In this document: piece after piece, positions 10,166 through 20,278 of the stretch
Layout: each line of letters starts with the position of its first letter
Numbering within the stretch: the stretch's first letter is position 1
IMG/VR virus record: IMGVR_UViG_3300025073_000880
DNA: 64,000 nt
Origin: a virus
Taxonomy: Duplodnaviria > Heunggongvirae > Uroviricota > Caudoviricetes
Direction: 5' to 3' (one strand)
Notes under the pieces: generated by a model
What the model saw: only the letters and a program-made list of their open reading frames with translations
Database searches by the model: none
What the model was told of the DNA's origin: nothing
Position numbers and translations under genes: made by a program

Positions 10166-10399
10166 TTAAACATCATATTTTAAGTACCCACTAACAAATT
10201 TCCAAAACCCCATTACCGCGCCAACGATAAATGCGAATAACACCGCTTGACCATACGCCCTAAAATCGCCAAATGAAGTCGGGGAAAATGTAATAAGGAT
10301 TGCGGTTGTTAATCCCGACCCAATCATTGTATATAACGCTCGAAACAAACTTCTTTTAATCGTTTCCCAGCTTGGGTAGACCACTTCGGTTTCTTTTTT
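10166..10399 (-). CDS. Small membrane protein; holin or membrane-partner candidate.
   Basis: 78 aa with two hydrophobic helices. Starts immediately after the preceding small TM ORF. Confidence 0.3.
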   Translation of the reverse strand, partial: KKETEVVYPSWETIKRSLFRALYTMIGSGLTTAILITFSPTSFGDFRAYGQAVLFAFIVGAVMGFWKFVSGYLKYDV

Positions 10400-10403
10400 T
10401 GTC

Positions 10404-10580
10404 ATATTTATTTTTTCCAAGGAAATGAATAATCTACGAATAATGAAATTAAAAACACAATCGCACACAACACCACGACCACTAACGCTATTGTTCTAAT
10501 TGGGTTTGGCAACATCGGGATGAGATAACTCACCATTACCCAAAATGCCACTGCCGCAATCAAAATTGAAATCAATTTGT
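10404..10580 (-). CDS. Small membrane protein (58 aa); holin candidate.
   Basis: MNKLISILIAAVAFWVMVSYLIPML..., two TM segments. ORF read from sequence; not in the track because it is under 60 aa. Confidence 0.3.
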
Positions 10581-10833
10581 TCATATTATTTATCTTTTAA
10601 TTGTTTATCGTATGTAACTCTATTAACCCATTCCTGCTTTTTGCCCTTATTCCAGCGAGAAATTGGGCTTAAATAACCAACTATACGATCGAGAGTATAC
10701 CTCACACCTCTGGCGAGTACACTCTTTTTCCCCTCCTTTCTTTGTGCTTGCATCTGACATATTAAAATTTGTTTATATCTTAATAATTTATCGCTTGGTT
10801 TCAAACTAAGTACATATTTTCTTAACTCTCGGA

Positions 10834-11808
10834 TTACTCGCCTATTGGTTCTTTTTTTAGGTTTATAGTGGGCATAGAATCCCATACATCTTGTTTTACC
10901 GTAAGACACTTTTCCATTATGTACCCATTGTTTCTCATCAAGAAACTAGCTTGGACCTTAGCTAAATCATCTACTATCTTTTTCCCGTCTAAAACAAGTG
11001 CAAATCCTCCCACTCCCTCAATTAACTGTATAAGTGTATTGTTCGGAATGTTATACCCCATAGGTTTATTCAATGTTATTTTATATTTTGTTATACCCGT
11101 ATGTTTATATCCATCTTCAAGTCTTTTTATATCAGGCAAATAATGGTCAAATATCGTATTGTTTCTAAACTTCATCACGAAATGATTCCTTCTTTTATTA
11201 TTGTCCGGATAAACACCATTAACAGGTGTTGTCCATGCGTATACTCCGACTTGAAGTGGTGAATATTTTAATGCTTCTGCAATATCCTCACTTAAAACAA
11301 ACTCATAATTAATCGGAAATCTCTCTATGAACTCTTTACCTTTTCGTTTTAAATCTTCAGGTACTTCTTGATAATATTGTTCCCATGTAAGAATGTCAGG
11401 AAAATCCCAATCACATTCAGGTATAAGTCCATATTCACGAATAGCATCTCCAACTTTATAAACATAATTACCACTTTTAGTAGTACCACTTAACTTGGCA
11501 ATATACCTATCGCTGAAATTTATCTTATCAGTAGCAATATCAATGTACCCTCGTTCTTTTAACCAAACATAATCATCATTACTTAGAATATCTTCTGCAA
11601 TATAGTAATTAAAAATGGTTTCAATAACATTCAAGGCAGAAAATGTCACACAAGCAAACATATCAACTTGTTTCTTTTGCCTTTCAAAACTAGGCAAATA
11701 AGCAGTCCAATCATCAACAACTAAATCATCTATAATCCCAGTATAACCACCAAAATACCAATGGCTATTCTTAGGATATTTTTCTTGTTTATATCCGTAA
11801 TTCGTCAT
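10834..11808 (-). CDS. Papain-like (clan CA) cysteine peptidase-like protein.
   Basis: DMFACVTFSALN (Cys motif) and NHFVM (His) arrangement. Confidence 0.35.
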   Translation of the reverse strand: MTNYGYKQEKYPKNSHWYFGGYTGIIDDLVVDDWTAYLPSFERQKKQVDMFACVTFSALNVIETIFNYYIAEDILSNDDYVWLKERGYIDIATDKINFSDRYIAKLSGTTKSGNYVYKVGDAIREYGLIPECDWDFPDILTWEQYYQEVPEDLKRKGKEFIERFPINYEFVLSEDIAEALKYSPLQVGVYAWTTPVNGVYPDNNKRRNHFVMKFRNNTIFDHYLPDIKRLEDGYKHTGITKYKITLNKPMGYNIPNNTLIQLIEGVGGFALVLDGKKIVDDLAKVQASFLMRNNGYIMEKCLTVKQDVWDSMPTINLKKEPIGE

Positions 11809-12101
11809 ACTATTTTATATAAGGATAAATAAACCAAAGTAATATTAAAAATATAAATACCGACAGACTTTGCCACGGATAATCGTTGAAAAGAAAGTCA
11901 AAGATAAACATAGGTTAATGTTAGGTTATGACTTATTAACGTAGGTTAATGTTAGTTTATGACTTATCTGAAATTCACTAATAACTAGGGTCAATGATTT
12001 TAATTAAAGTATCTTTATTTAACTTAACCATAGTTATAAATGAACATTGAATATCTAAAATAATTGTTTTTGAAATTAGGGGAGTAAATCTTTGCCCCCC
12101 T

Positions 12102-12884
12102 TTACTTAACATGAAACACTTTCCCATTGAACTTAAAATGATAGCCATTACCACCGTTATTTATTTTGATGAGGAAATAAGTGTATTTCTCACCATTGAA
12201 ATACGGGTCTATCACCGAAAAGCCCAACTGCCAGTTCGGCACTACCACATAAGGAGGATTTAAATTACATAGACAACCGTTTTCCCAGCCATATAAAGTC
12301 TTGCCATTCAATAATCTCTTAGTATAAAACCCCATACGGTGCGTATGAGCCTGAACAATATTCACTCCCCTATCATCCATGATATTCTTAACCGTATAGC
12401 CTGCGTGCTTGCTCACCCTGTTATAATGACCAATGAACAAATCTACTACCTGAACAAAATTCTCTGTCGTGCTTTCATTTACCAGTTCAACGCCGTCAAT
12501 ATGGAGCAAGTCTTCAATCTTTACCAGCTCAAATATCTCACCAGCGTTTCGCATCATATACTTTTCCAGTCTAATTTCATGATTCCCCAAAATGTAAATA
12601 ACTCTTGCATGCGGACACACCTTGCGAATCCGCTCTAAAAACTTCTTGACCAAATCAATCTCTTCTTTCAATCGTTTGCCTTCAAGTGGACTGCGAGAAA
12701 ATTTAGACACCATGAAAAAATCCGCTACATCGCCATTTAGCACAATCAATTCAGGCTTGAACCATTGAATAAACTGAAACCACAGCTCAACTGCTTTTTT
12801 ATCCTCATACGGTATATGCAAATCGTTTGCAATGACCGTCTTTGGATATTTTTTATACTTTGTTTTCATTTTTTCCCTCCTCAC
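12102..12884 (-). CDS. Calcineurin-like metallophosphoesterase (Ser/Thr phosphatase fold).
   Basis: DLHIPY, LNGDVADFF and GNHE motifs in canonical order. Confidence 0.7.
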   Translation of the reverse strand: MRREKMKTKYKKYPKTVIANDLHIPYEDKKAVELWFQFIQWFKPELIVLNGDVADFFMVSKFSRSPLEGKRLKEEIDLVKKFLERIRKVCPHARVIYILGNHEIRLEKYMMRNAGEIFELVKIEDLLHIDGVELVNESTTENFVQVVDLFIGHYNRVSKHAGYTVKNIMDDRGVNIVQAHTHRMGFYTKRLLNGKTLYGWENGCLCNLNPPYVVVPNWQLGFSVIDPYFNGEKYTYFLIKINNGGNGYHFKFNGKVFHVK

Positions 12885-14198
12885 AAAAAAGCTTTTTCAT
12901 GGCTTCAAGTTCACCGAGCTCGTGTGTCCAAGCATTGCCACACACTAAACAGATGTACTTACATACCAAATTACCTTCAAGAATATCCATTGATGCAGGA
13001 TCAGCTACCTGTTCAGTCACATCATGACAGTATGGACAATTAAATGCCTTTATCAGTAGTCGCCACCGCTCGTTGTTCATTTGTCCCCCCAGTCTATCAG
13101 CCAAGCCATATTGGCTTTGGTTAAGCAAACTTTGATGACATGACCACACTTATGACATACCATTATCAGAATTGTCCGTTTAGTAATGTAGACAACATCA
13201 ACAACCTTGAATATGACATGAAATTTACATTTCACACACACACCAGTCGCTCCTTTGAACACAGCCACTCTGCTCATCGTACAAGCTCCTTTCTAATGGC
13301 TTCCTCGCCATCTACAAATGCCGTATGAGCGATGTAATGATAGTTTGTACCTCTACACCTCCTATCAACACATAAAGTTGTCAAAACACCTAATACAGCC
13401 CCAGTCGTGTGCGTATATGCGATATAAACCTGCCAAACACTAGCTTCACAAAACTTGCACCAACAGCGATATTTGACCTCGCTCATCAATGCCTTCCTTT
13501 CGGGTAGTGGTGGTCAAACAACATCAAGAGAATTATAATCACAATCAATAGCAACACTTTCACTTACTTCTTCCTTTTCTTGAGAGGTTTCACACCTTCC
13601 ATTGCCGCCTTGTATTTCATCGCACACGCCACTTTCTTATCTTCAGCCTTGTCCCTTTCGTGGTCCCAACAGCTTGACTTCGTGTAATCGCCAGTTTTAC
13701 AGCACTCTTCACATTCTAAAGTGTATGTTCCTTTCTTGCCGTCATCAATCTGTCCAGTTTTTCGCCCACAACCACACTGCAATCGGCTCATGTTTCCTCC
13801 TTTGGTTGTAAAGGACTATTCTGTGTGGCTTTTCAGTAATGACTCAATTCTAGCTGTGGATTCAAGTTGTTGAATCTGTCGGCTCTCAATTCTATCCATT
13901 CTAAGCTGTATCTCGTGTAAATCATTGTCTTTAATTGCTTGCAGTTTTGATGCCACAATCTCATTATTCTCAATCTGTGATTCAAGTCTGATTATCTGTT
14001 TCTCCAGAGCATTTTGTGGGTTAACAATCCAAAAAATAACACCCGAGATACAGCCAATCAACGCCACAACCATTGTTATTTCGCTTTTTAATACCTTGCG
14101 GATTATGCTGTCGTTATTTTGTAGCTCCATATTTTTTCTTTTTTTTGTTTAATGCTTATCTAAGGCAATAAGTTTTTATTGCCTTAGTAATAACTAAA

Positions 14199-15095
14199 CT
14201 ATCCGAGCAAACTTGTAGAACTTGAAGTACTTGAGCTTGTAGAACTTGTGGTACTTGAGCTTGTGCTTGAGCTTGTGCTTGAAGTACTTGAAGATGTAGA
14301 GCTTGTAGAGCTTGAGGTACTTGAAGACGTAGAGCTTGAAGTACTTGAGCTTGTAGAGCTTGAAGTACTTGAAGACGTAGAGCTTGAGGTACTAGAACTT
14401 GTAGAGCTTGAGGTACTTGAAGACGTAGAGCTTGAAGTACTTGAGCTTGTAGAGCTTGAGGTACTAGAACTTGTAGAGCTTGAGGTGCTTGAGGTGCTTG
14501 ATAAATACGTATTACTTGGAACAATGATTGATTTTCTAACCTCCCCAAAGTTTAATAGGTTAATATAAAAAGCATCATTTGCTACATTAGAAAAATATAC
14601 AGGGAGTAAAACCTGCTTTGGGAATGTGGTATTATGCTCTGCAACCTTACGTTTATCATCACCATTGCCAATCCAAAATTCAACACGTTCTATTCTTGTC
14701 CGAACCTCAAAAGAAGTTGGTGTATTTGTCCATGTTGCATCCCACGGAACAGTTGTCTGTTCTGGGGTTGCACTATCATCGTTATAAGATCTAACGTAAA
14801 AATTAGTTCCACTGATAAAAAAGTACGCAGCATTCCGATTCCCGAATGCTTTTGAATATAAACCAAAAACTCGAGAATCTCCGCCTGTTGGGGCTGTCGG
14901 CACAGTAAGCTTCATTTCAAAGTTACCGTGCATAAACACCCTGAGGGTACTAATACTGGCAGTGTGTAATCTAATTTTCCCGTCCAAAACTTTCGCATCG
15001 CCACTAAACCTTCTCAATTCTGTTGTGTCGAATCCTGAAAGATATGGGTCATAGAGAAAGTGATAACGATCACTAACTGTTTTTACGTGTGCCAT
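14199..15095 (-). CDS. Virion or surface protein: N-terminal beta-rich domain plus a long C-terminal (SSST)n Ser/Thr tract.
   Basis: About 100 residues of SSSTSSSTSSS... encoded by the 12-nt tandem repeat at 14215-14515. Confidence 0.45.
   Translation of the reverse strand: MAHVKTVSDRYHFLYDPYLSGFDTTELRRFSGDAKVLDGKIRLHTASISTLRVFMHGNFEMKLTVPTAPTGGDSRVFGLYSKAFGNRNAAYFFISGTNFYVRSYNDDSATPEQTTVPWDATWTNTPTSFEVRTRIERVEFWIGNGDDKRKVAEHNTTFPKQVLLPVYFSNVANDAFYINLLNFGEVRKSIIVPSNTYLSSTSSTSSSTSSSTSSSTSSSTSSSTSSSTSSSTSSSTSSSTSSSTSSSTSSSTSSSTSSSTSSSTSSTSSSTSSTSSSTSSSTTSSTSSSTSSSTSLLG
14215..14515. repeat. Tandem 12/24-nt repeat (agagcttgaagt-like units) encoding poly-Ser/Thr.
   Basis: Visible periodicity. 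All three frames on both strands give low-complexity ORFs. Confidence 0.8.
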
Positions 15096-15734
15096 AAATT
15101 AAATTATACTTTCTTTTTTGGCTTACCTTTTTTTATTTTTTCAGCGTCAGCATTGACAGCCTGTTCATCTAAAACATCATTAGAGTTATTACCTGGAGTA
15201 GACAATGGATTGATTTCGGTTGATGGTTTACTCTCTAATACTGGCTGTTCTACCTGAACAGTATCAGTTTGATTCTCAGCAATCTGTTTCAAAATATCCA
15301 ATGCCTTTTTTTCTGCTAGAATTGAAACATATCTTTCCATTTCAGGCGTAAGCTTTAACATTCTTTTTTCTCCAACAACACTTTCAGGTGTCCCATATTT
15401 CAGCTCAGTTATAACATGAGCAGGCTCAACCTTATCAAGATTTCTTTTCATATCTTCTTCAGACATAGAATCAGCCTGGACAAAATCATACCCAAAGCTA
15501 GGGTGATTTTTAAGTGCTGTTATTAAATCATCGTTGTCGGTGGAAAACAAACCCTGTGCAAACCTAACATGTATACCAGGGTCTGCGGGTCTGCCAGTCA
15601 AAGGCTCTCTTTGAAGTGCTGGCTTTAAGGTAAGCATTAAATTTATTTGTTTAGATACAAACTTCATATTATTTTAAATTAATTCATAATTATATGTTAA
15701 AAGGGGAGATGAGTAACCCATCCCCCCAATTAAA

Positions 15735-16460
15735 CTATTCAATCTCGCCAATAGCAGCAACATAGCCAGTAACCGAAGTCGCATCAACCATGTAAACAAC
15801 TAATTCGTAACCATCTTGTGTAGTAATAATCCCCTCACCAGAAGCAAAATTTTTGTTTGTCACCGCTGCATCTGCAGGAGTGCTTGAATACAAAAGGTTT
15901 TCAATAGAACCCTTTCGTTCATAAACACGCAATCCTTGAGAATCTACGCCACCACCAAAAGTAATGTTGTATTCAATCTCTCTAAGATGAACACGCATTG
16001 ATCCTTTTGGTTTACTCTCACCAACAGTTCTTGTTTTAGTGACACAAACAGCCATGTAATCAGCCGCACTTGTGTCAACTTTAACATCGTAATAAGAAAC
16101 ACTATCAACAACCGTAGCAGAAATAGCACCGTCAACAAACTGTGTTGCAGTCGTCTCGGAAAGCAATGTATCAAGAACAATACAATCCCAATAAGCACTC
16201 ACATCAATAACCGCCTTCAATTTTGCAACGGTGTCATAAGTGGCAAATGCCCATGTTTCAGTCCCACCACTAGCCGAAATAGCAACAATGCTTGTGCCTG
16301 TTGTAACTGTTACGGAAGTAACAGCACCAGCCGCAGCTGTCGGTCTAAGGCGAAGGGCAATACCCTCATCGTCATAAATTTGCTGTACAAAGCCTTTTTT
16401 AGAAAGACTTCGCATTTGCAATGAATCTAAAGAAGCCATAATAAATTGTTTTAAAGCCAA
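15735..16460 (-). CDS. Hypothetical virion protein, immediately downstream of the capsid gene.
   Basis: Ala/Thr/Val-rich beta-type composition, adjacent to the capsid gene. Confidence 0.3.
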   Translation of the reverse strand: MALKQFIMASLDSLQMRSLSKKGFVQQIYDDEGIALRLRPTAAAGAVTSVTVTTGTSIVAISASGGTETWAFATYDTVAKLKAVIDVSAYWDCIVLDTLLSETTATQFVDGAISATVVDSVSYYDVKVDTSAADYMAVCVTKTRTVGESKPKGSMRVHLREIEYNITFGGGVDSQGLRVYERKGSIENLLYSSTPADAAVTNKNFASGEGIITTQDGYELVVYMVDATSVTGYVAAIGEIE

Positions 16461-16574
16461 TCACCCGTGGCTGTTTCGGGCCATATGTCAAAGCATATAG
16501 GCGGGAATGATTTTACGTCACATCCCCGCTTACGACGCCTAATAAATTAGGATATGTAAGAGAACTAATTTGAG

Positions 16575-17232
16575 TTAGTCAGTTACACCTTTAAGCAAAG
16601 CACAAAGTGGGCTTTGTTTTCGTTCCAAACCAGCTTCAGTAATGAACTGGTCAATCTCTCCATCAACATCAGGGGCCTGAACGTTCATCATGAGCTTAGT
16701 GTCACGATTCGCCATAAAGCGATATCGGAAACAATTAAGATCAAGCAAGAACGCATAGCCTGAATATTCTTCAACAAACAATGGATTGTGCACGATGTTG
16801 ATTGAACCAAATGGGGTCATGTACTCACTGATTTCCAAACCGTAAGATTTATCTCCTGTTTTGGTTCTCAGCTGACCACGAGCCATTTCATTTATTGCCT
16901 GCAAAACAACACCACCACACATTAATACTTTTTGGTTATCACCATAAGTGAAGCCTTCTCGTAAAAATGTGTTAAAGTCTGGAGCTGTTAATGGGCCACC
17001 TTGATTTTGAACAAATCCTGTACCACCCTCAATAAATTCAAGGAGACCACCTGTAGTTCGTAACGGTTTACTGTTACTACCTGTAGTAGAAGCTTTTTCA
17101 CCCCAAATGAAAGCTCGTTCAATATCAAGGGCATGTTCAGTCGCCTTTTTGGCTCTTTGATAAACCAAGTCTGGGCCACCGTACAAATTAGCATTCTTCT
17201 CTGTGTCAGAAACACCAATGGTCGTTTTAAAT
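16575..17232 (-). CDS. Major capsid protein, last exon. The frame is open back to ~17232.
   Basis: Capsid-like C-terminal segment (..FMANRDTKLMMNVQAPDVDGEIDQFITEAGLE). The frame stays open upstream of the TTG listed in the track, right up to the intron D core. Confidence 0.6.
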
Positions 17233-17235
17233 ATT

Positions 17236-18258
17236 TGCTTTATATTGCATCAATAATGATGGGTAAACATCTCTGTTTACCACTATATGTCACCATATAG
17301 ACTCGACTATATCTTCACAAATGTGTGTTCAACGTATAGTCTGTGAGAATTTAACTATTAAATTTATACCGTATAGATAATGGTACACCATTAAAATATT
17401 GGCTATGCGATAATAACGACAAGAACTTAAACGATGGTTTTTTATTTAATCTAATACGATAATACATTCTATCACCACCATATACCCCTTTAACTGGAAG
17501 TATTTTAACCTCTATATTAAATTTTTGCCAAAACCACTTTTTTATACCTTTAACTTCAGATAATGTATAACTATCAGTACAAATAATTATAGAGTCATTT
17601 GATTTTATATAAGATCCATCGTCAAGATACCAAAATAATAAAGAATCCTCATCTAACAAGTTTAACCCACGTCTTGTTATATATCTTTTTTTATTTCTAT
17701 AAAAAATTCCATATATGTTAGTTAAGCTTGGATGAGAAATAGAGTGAGTATGATATTGAATATTACCGTTATTGTTATACCTATTAACATTATCTTGTAA
17801 AAAAATTTCATTCAACAATTGCTTCTTAAACAAGAGATAATCTAATTGCTTTTCACAATGACATAGTGACAATCTATGAAAACCGTCAGTTTGTAATATC
17901 AATGATGAATCACCCAATAATGTGCCGTAAATAATTGACATTTTCTCTTTTGATATACTTTCACCTTTTAATGTTCTAGCCTTAGAATAACTTTTATTTG
18001 TTTTTCTAGGTCTTCTGTCGTTATAATTTTTATAAACACATTTTTTTGAACAAAATATTTTATCTTTTCTATTTTGATAAAATAGTTTGTTGCACTGTTT
18101 ACAATTAATATACATAGTTATCTTTTCTGCTGATTGTCTCTATGTGTAAAATTCTTAGGGTTCGCTAGTAGTTTTCACCGCCTAGTATCCTATTTACACC
18201 ATAACAAGATATCCCAGCATATAGTTGAATTTTACTATACCCAAATTTTTATTAAAGT
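17236..18258 (-). mobile_element. Group I intron D in the capsid gene, carrying a LAGLIDADG HE ORF. Boundaries approximate.
   Basis: Core at 17284-17347 on the minus strand: CACAGACUAUACG (P7 5'), a P8 hairpin, AAGAUAUAGUCGAGUC (P7 3') and a P9 hairpin. This is near-identical to the Tetrahymena intron P7 strands CAGACUAAAUG and AAGAUAUAGUCGGACC. Confidence 0.7.
17351..18115 (-). CDS. Homing endonuclease: N-terminal zinc finger plus LAGLIDADG-type motif (LLGDSSL).
   Basis: CKQCNKLF...CSKKC zinc finger; IYGTLLGDSSLILQTDG. Sits inside intron D. Confidence 0.55.
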   Translation of the reverse strand: MYINCKQCNKLFYQNRKDKIFCSKKCVYKNYNDRRPRKTNKSYSKARTLKGESISKEKMSIIYGTLLGDSSLILQTDGFHRLSLCHCEKQLDYLLFKKQLLNEIFLQDNVNRYNNNGNIQYHTHSISHPSLTNIYGIFYRNKKRYITRRGLNLLDEDSLLFWYLDDGSYIKSNDSIIICTDSYTLSEVKGIKKWFWQKFNIEVKILPVKGVYGGDRMYYRIRLNKKPSFKFLSLLSHSQYFNGVPLSIRYKFNS

Positions 18259-18261
18259 ATA

Positions 18262-18608
18262 GTTGGTCAGCGGAGAGGATTGTGTAGTGTTAATGTTCTT
18301 AGCACTTGAATTTTCCTCATTCGCATTACCAATCAAGAACAAACCATCACCATCAGCTCCAGCAGCAGCCGCAGTCGCACCGAGCGAACGGCCACCTGAA
18401 GCAATAGTAATTGTTGTTGCACCAGCAATCGTAGCTACAAGCATTCTTTCACCAGTTCTGGCGTTAAGAATAACGTCACCAACCGTGAAAATATAAGCCG
18501 AGCTAGACCCAGCACTAGTTACAGTAATTGTTACACCACCTGAAGCGGAATAAGTTCCACTTACCTTTGCGTAACGTCCGCCATAAAAATCTTCGCATTT
18601 GTTAACCC
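18262..18608 (-). CDS. Major capsid protein, internal exon (~115 aa).
   Basis: Open frame ...CEDFYGGRYAKVSGTYSASGGVTITVTSAGSSSAYIFTVGDVILNARTGERMLVATIAGATTITIASGG..., bounded by the intron C 3' core and the intron D 5' end. Confidence 0.55.
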
Positions 18609-18609
18609 A

Positions 18610-19330
18610 TAATTGGGTATTACATCATTTCTGTGTAATTCTCGTGATATCGCACGAGGTCGGACTATATCATCATCCATAAGGATGTTTAACGTGTAGT
18701 CTCTGAGGTTTCTACTTTAATACCTACTTGATTTAATTCCTTCATCTGGTCAAATAATGATTTTTCTTCATCACTATATCCTTGTTTTATTATCCCAAGA
18801 ACACGACCAGTTTTAGAATCTCTCTCAGCCTTAGACTTATAATAACTCCTAGATTCTAAGAATCTTAAAAGTAATTCAGCCCTTGGCTTTTTTGAAATCA
18901 GATACGGTAGCATCAATTTTGTTATCACCTTAACGTCTTCCATTTTATTGACCGTTATGTGATAAGCTTTTTTATGATTAGGTTTTCTAGATGTTGTTTC
19001 TTGCCAAATGTGACCATTGATGCCAGATGCATCAAATATTTTTATAATCTCATTTATCATTACTACATCGGTGTTAGATAGAGTTATTCTTGGAACATAT
19101 CGTTTATTAGTATCATATACTATGGTGAATGTTCCCTCTCCATCCCATACGCCCGCTAACCATGCAATTTGATGTGTAGTTACCTGCTGATTGACCATTG
19201 TATTATTCATAATATTTTTACTTAGTAGTAATTATGACTTTAGGTTATTCCAGCAAATAGTTAAATTTTTAGTGGTCCGAGAATTTTCTAAACCACTTCA
19301 TTGAAGCTTGTTACCAGACTTACTCTGGGG
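18610..19330 (-). mobile_element. Group I intron C carrying a LAGLIDADG HE. The 5' boundary is uncertain (19211-19335).
   Basis: Core at 18640-18708: CAGAGACUACACG ... GAUAUAGUCCGACC plus the P9 hairpin CUCGUGCGAUAUCACGAG. Confidence 0.65.
18689..19210 (-). CDS. LAGLIDADG homing endonuclease.
   Basis: WLAGVWDGEGTF motif. Inside intron C. Confidence 0.75.
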   Translation of the reverse strand: MNNTMVNQQVTTHQIAWLAGVWDGEGTFTIVYDTNKRYVPRITLSNTDVVMINEIIKIFDASGINGHIWQETTSRKPNHKKAYHITVNKMEDVKVITKLMLPYLISKKPRAELLLRFLESRSYYKSKAERDSKTGRVLGIIKQGYSDEEKSLFDQMKELNQVGIKVETSETTR

Positions 19331-19334
19331 CATA

Positions 19335-20033
19335 TGCCTCTATATATCGCTATATAGATCAGACTATATCTTTACTACCACCTATTATTTCTAAAGGGGT
19401 AGACGCTTTGCGTCTAGTCGTTGAGGGCAAAATTTGATAATGCTTAAGATATCTAAGAGATTCTTCGAACTTTTTATCAATAGACTCAAACTGCTCTTTC
19501 TTAATTTTAGAGCACAGTGTACCATTAACATTTCTCTTTTGAAACATTGATAGTCTATACTCTATGTATTCGAGTATTTTTTTAGCTTGTCTTTTTTTGT
19601 TAGAGTGCAATTTATCTATTATTGCATCTAGTATTTTTTTAGTTGATCTATATCCCTCTACGTTAATAGACAGATAATCCATTGCATTGACAAACTTTTT
19701 ATTAGGAGTATGAAGAGTAAAATAAAATTTAGCTCCAAGCACATAAAATATTTCAGAAACCTTCTTTATCAATTCAACATCAGTATTACCAACACCTATC
19801 CTTGTAATAAACGAATATTGTCCATTACCATTGTTTCTTTTCTTATGAACTCCTTGACGTTTATTGGTTGTTAAATATCCCTCTCCATCAATAATTCCGG
19901 CCAACCAAAAAAAGTCACTATCATTAATCATATATTTTATTTTTTCCCTGCTGATTGTCCGCACTAATAGATTTTTACTAATCAGTACTATTAGATACTC
20001 GGAGTTTCCAGCATATAAGCAAAGTTTTTGTTA
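19335..20033 (-). mobile_element. Group I intron B carrying a LAGLIDADG HE. Boundaries approximate.
   Basis: Core at 19340-19425: ACGACUAGACG (P7 5'), P8 GACGCAAAGCGUC, AAGAUAUAGUCUGAUC (P7 3'), P9 UAUAUAGCGAUAUAUA. The HE stop codon lies within the P7 3' strand. Confidence 0.65.
19359..19964 (-). CDS. LAGLIDADG homing endonuclease.
   Basis: WLAGIIDGEGYL motif. Confidence 0.75.
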   Translation of the reverse strand: MRTISREKIKYMINDSDFFWLAGIIDGEGYLTTNKRQGVHKKRNNGNGQYSFITRIGVGNTDVELIKKVSEIFYVLGAKFYFTLHTPNKKFVNAMDYLSINVEGYRSTKKILDAIIDKLHSNKKRQAKKILEYIEYRLSMFQKRNVNGTLCSKIKKEQFESIDKKFEESLRYLKHYQILPSTTRRKASTPLEIIGGSKDIV

Positions 20034-20278
20034 AACCAGAGTCCAAGTGGATTTTTTAAACTCTGGGTTGCCTGTTTCCTTTTTAAGAATACCAGCTCCC
20101 GTCCAAGCCTTACCATCATACACTTTACCAACAGTAGTCAGTAAGGTTGTAAGCGGATGCTTGCGAGGTTCAAGTAAGAAGACTTTATCAACGGCATCCA
20201 CTACTAATCGCTGCTCAGTAGATGACGTTGAAGTATCTCTAGCAGCAGAAGCCACCGCCCCCTGATTGTGGGTCAATC
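20031..20278 (-). CDS. Major capsid protein, N-proximal exon (~80 aa).
   Basis: ..AVASAARDTSTSSTEQRLVVDAVDKVFLLEPRK.. frame. The TTG start in the track is preceded directly by TGA and by the intron A 3' end, so the exon is entered by splicing rather than by initiation. Confidence 0.5.

Noticed and set aside
14156-14568. ORFs 14156-14548 (-) and 14248-14568 (+) with QALQ/LELV repeats.
   Set aside because: These are alternative frames of the 12-nt tandem repeat. The SSST frame is contiguous with a real N-terminal domain, so these are frame artefacts.
20031-20276. TTG/ATG start codons assigned by the ORF track to the capsid segments (20276, 18444, 17186) and to the endonuclease at 21192.
   Set aside because: Each is preceded immediately by an in-frame stop and an intron 3' core. 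The frames are entered by splicing, so these starts are artefacts of allowing TTG/GTG initiation.
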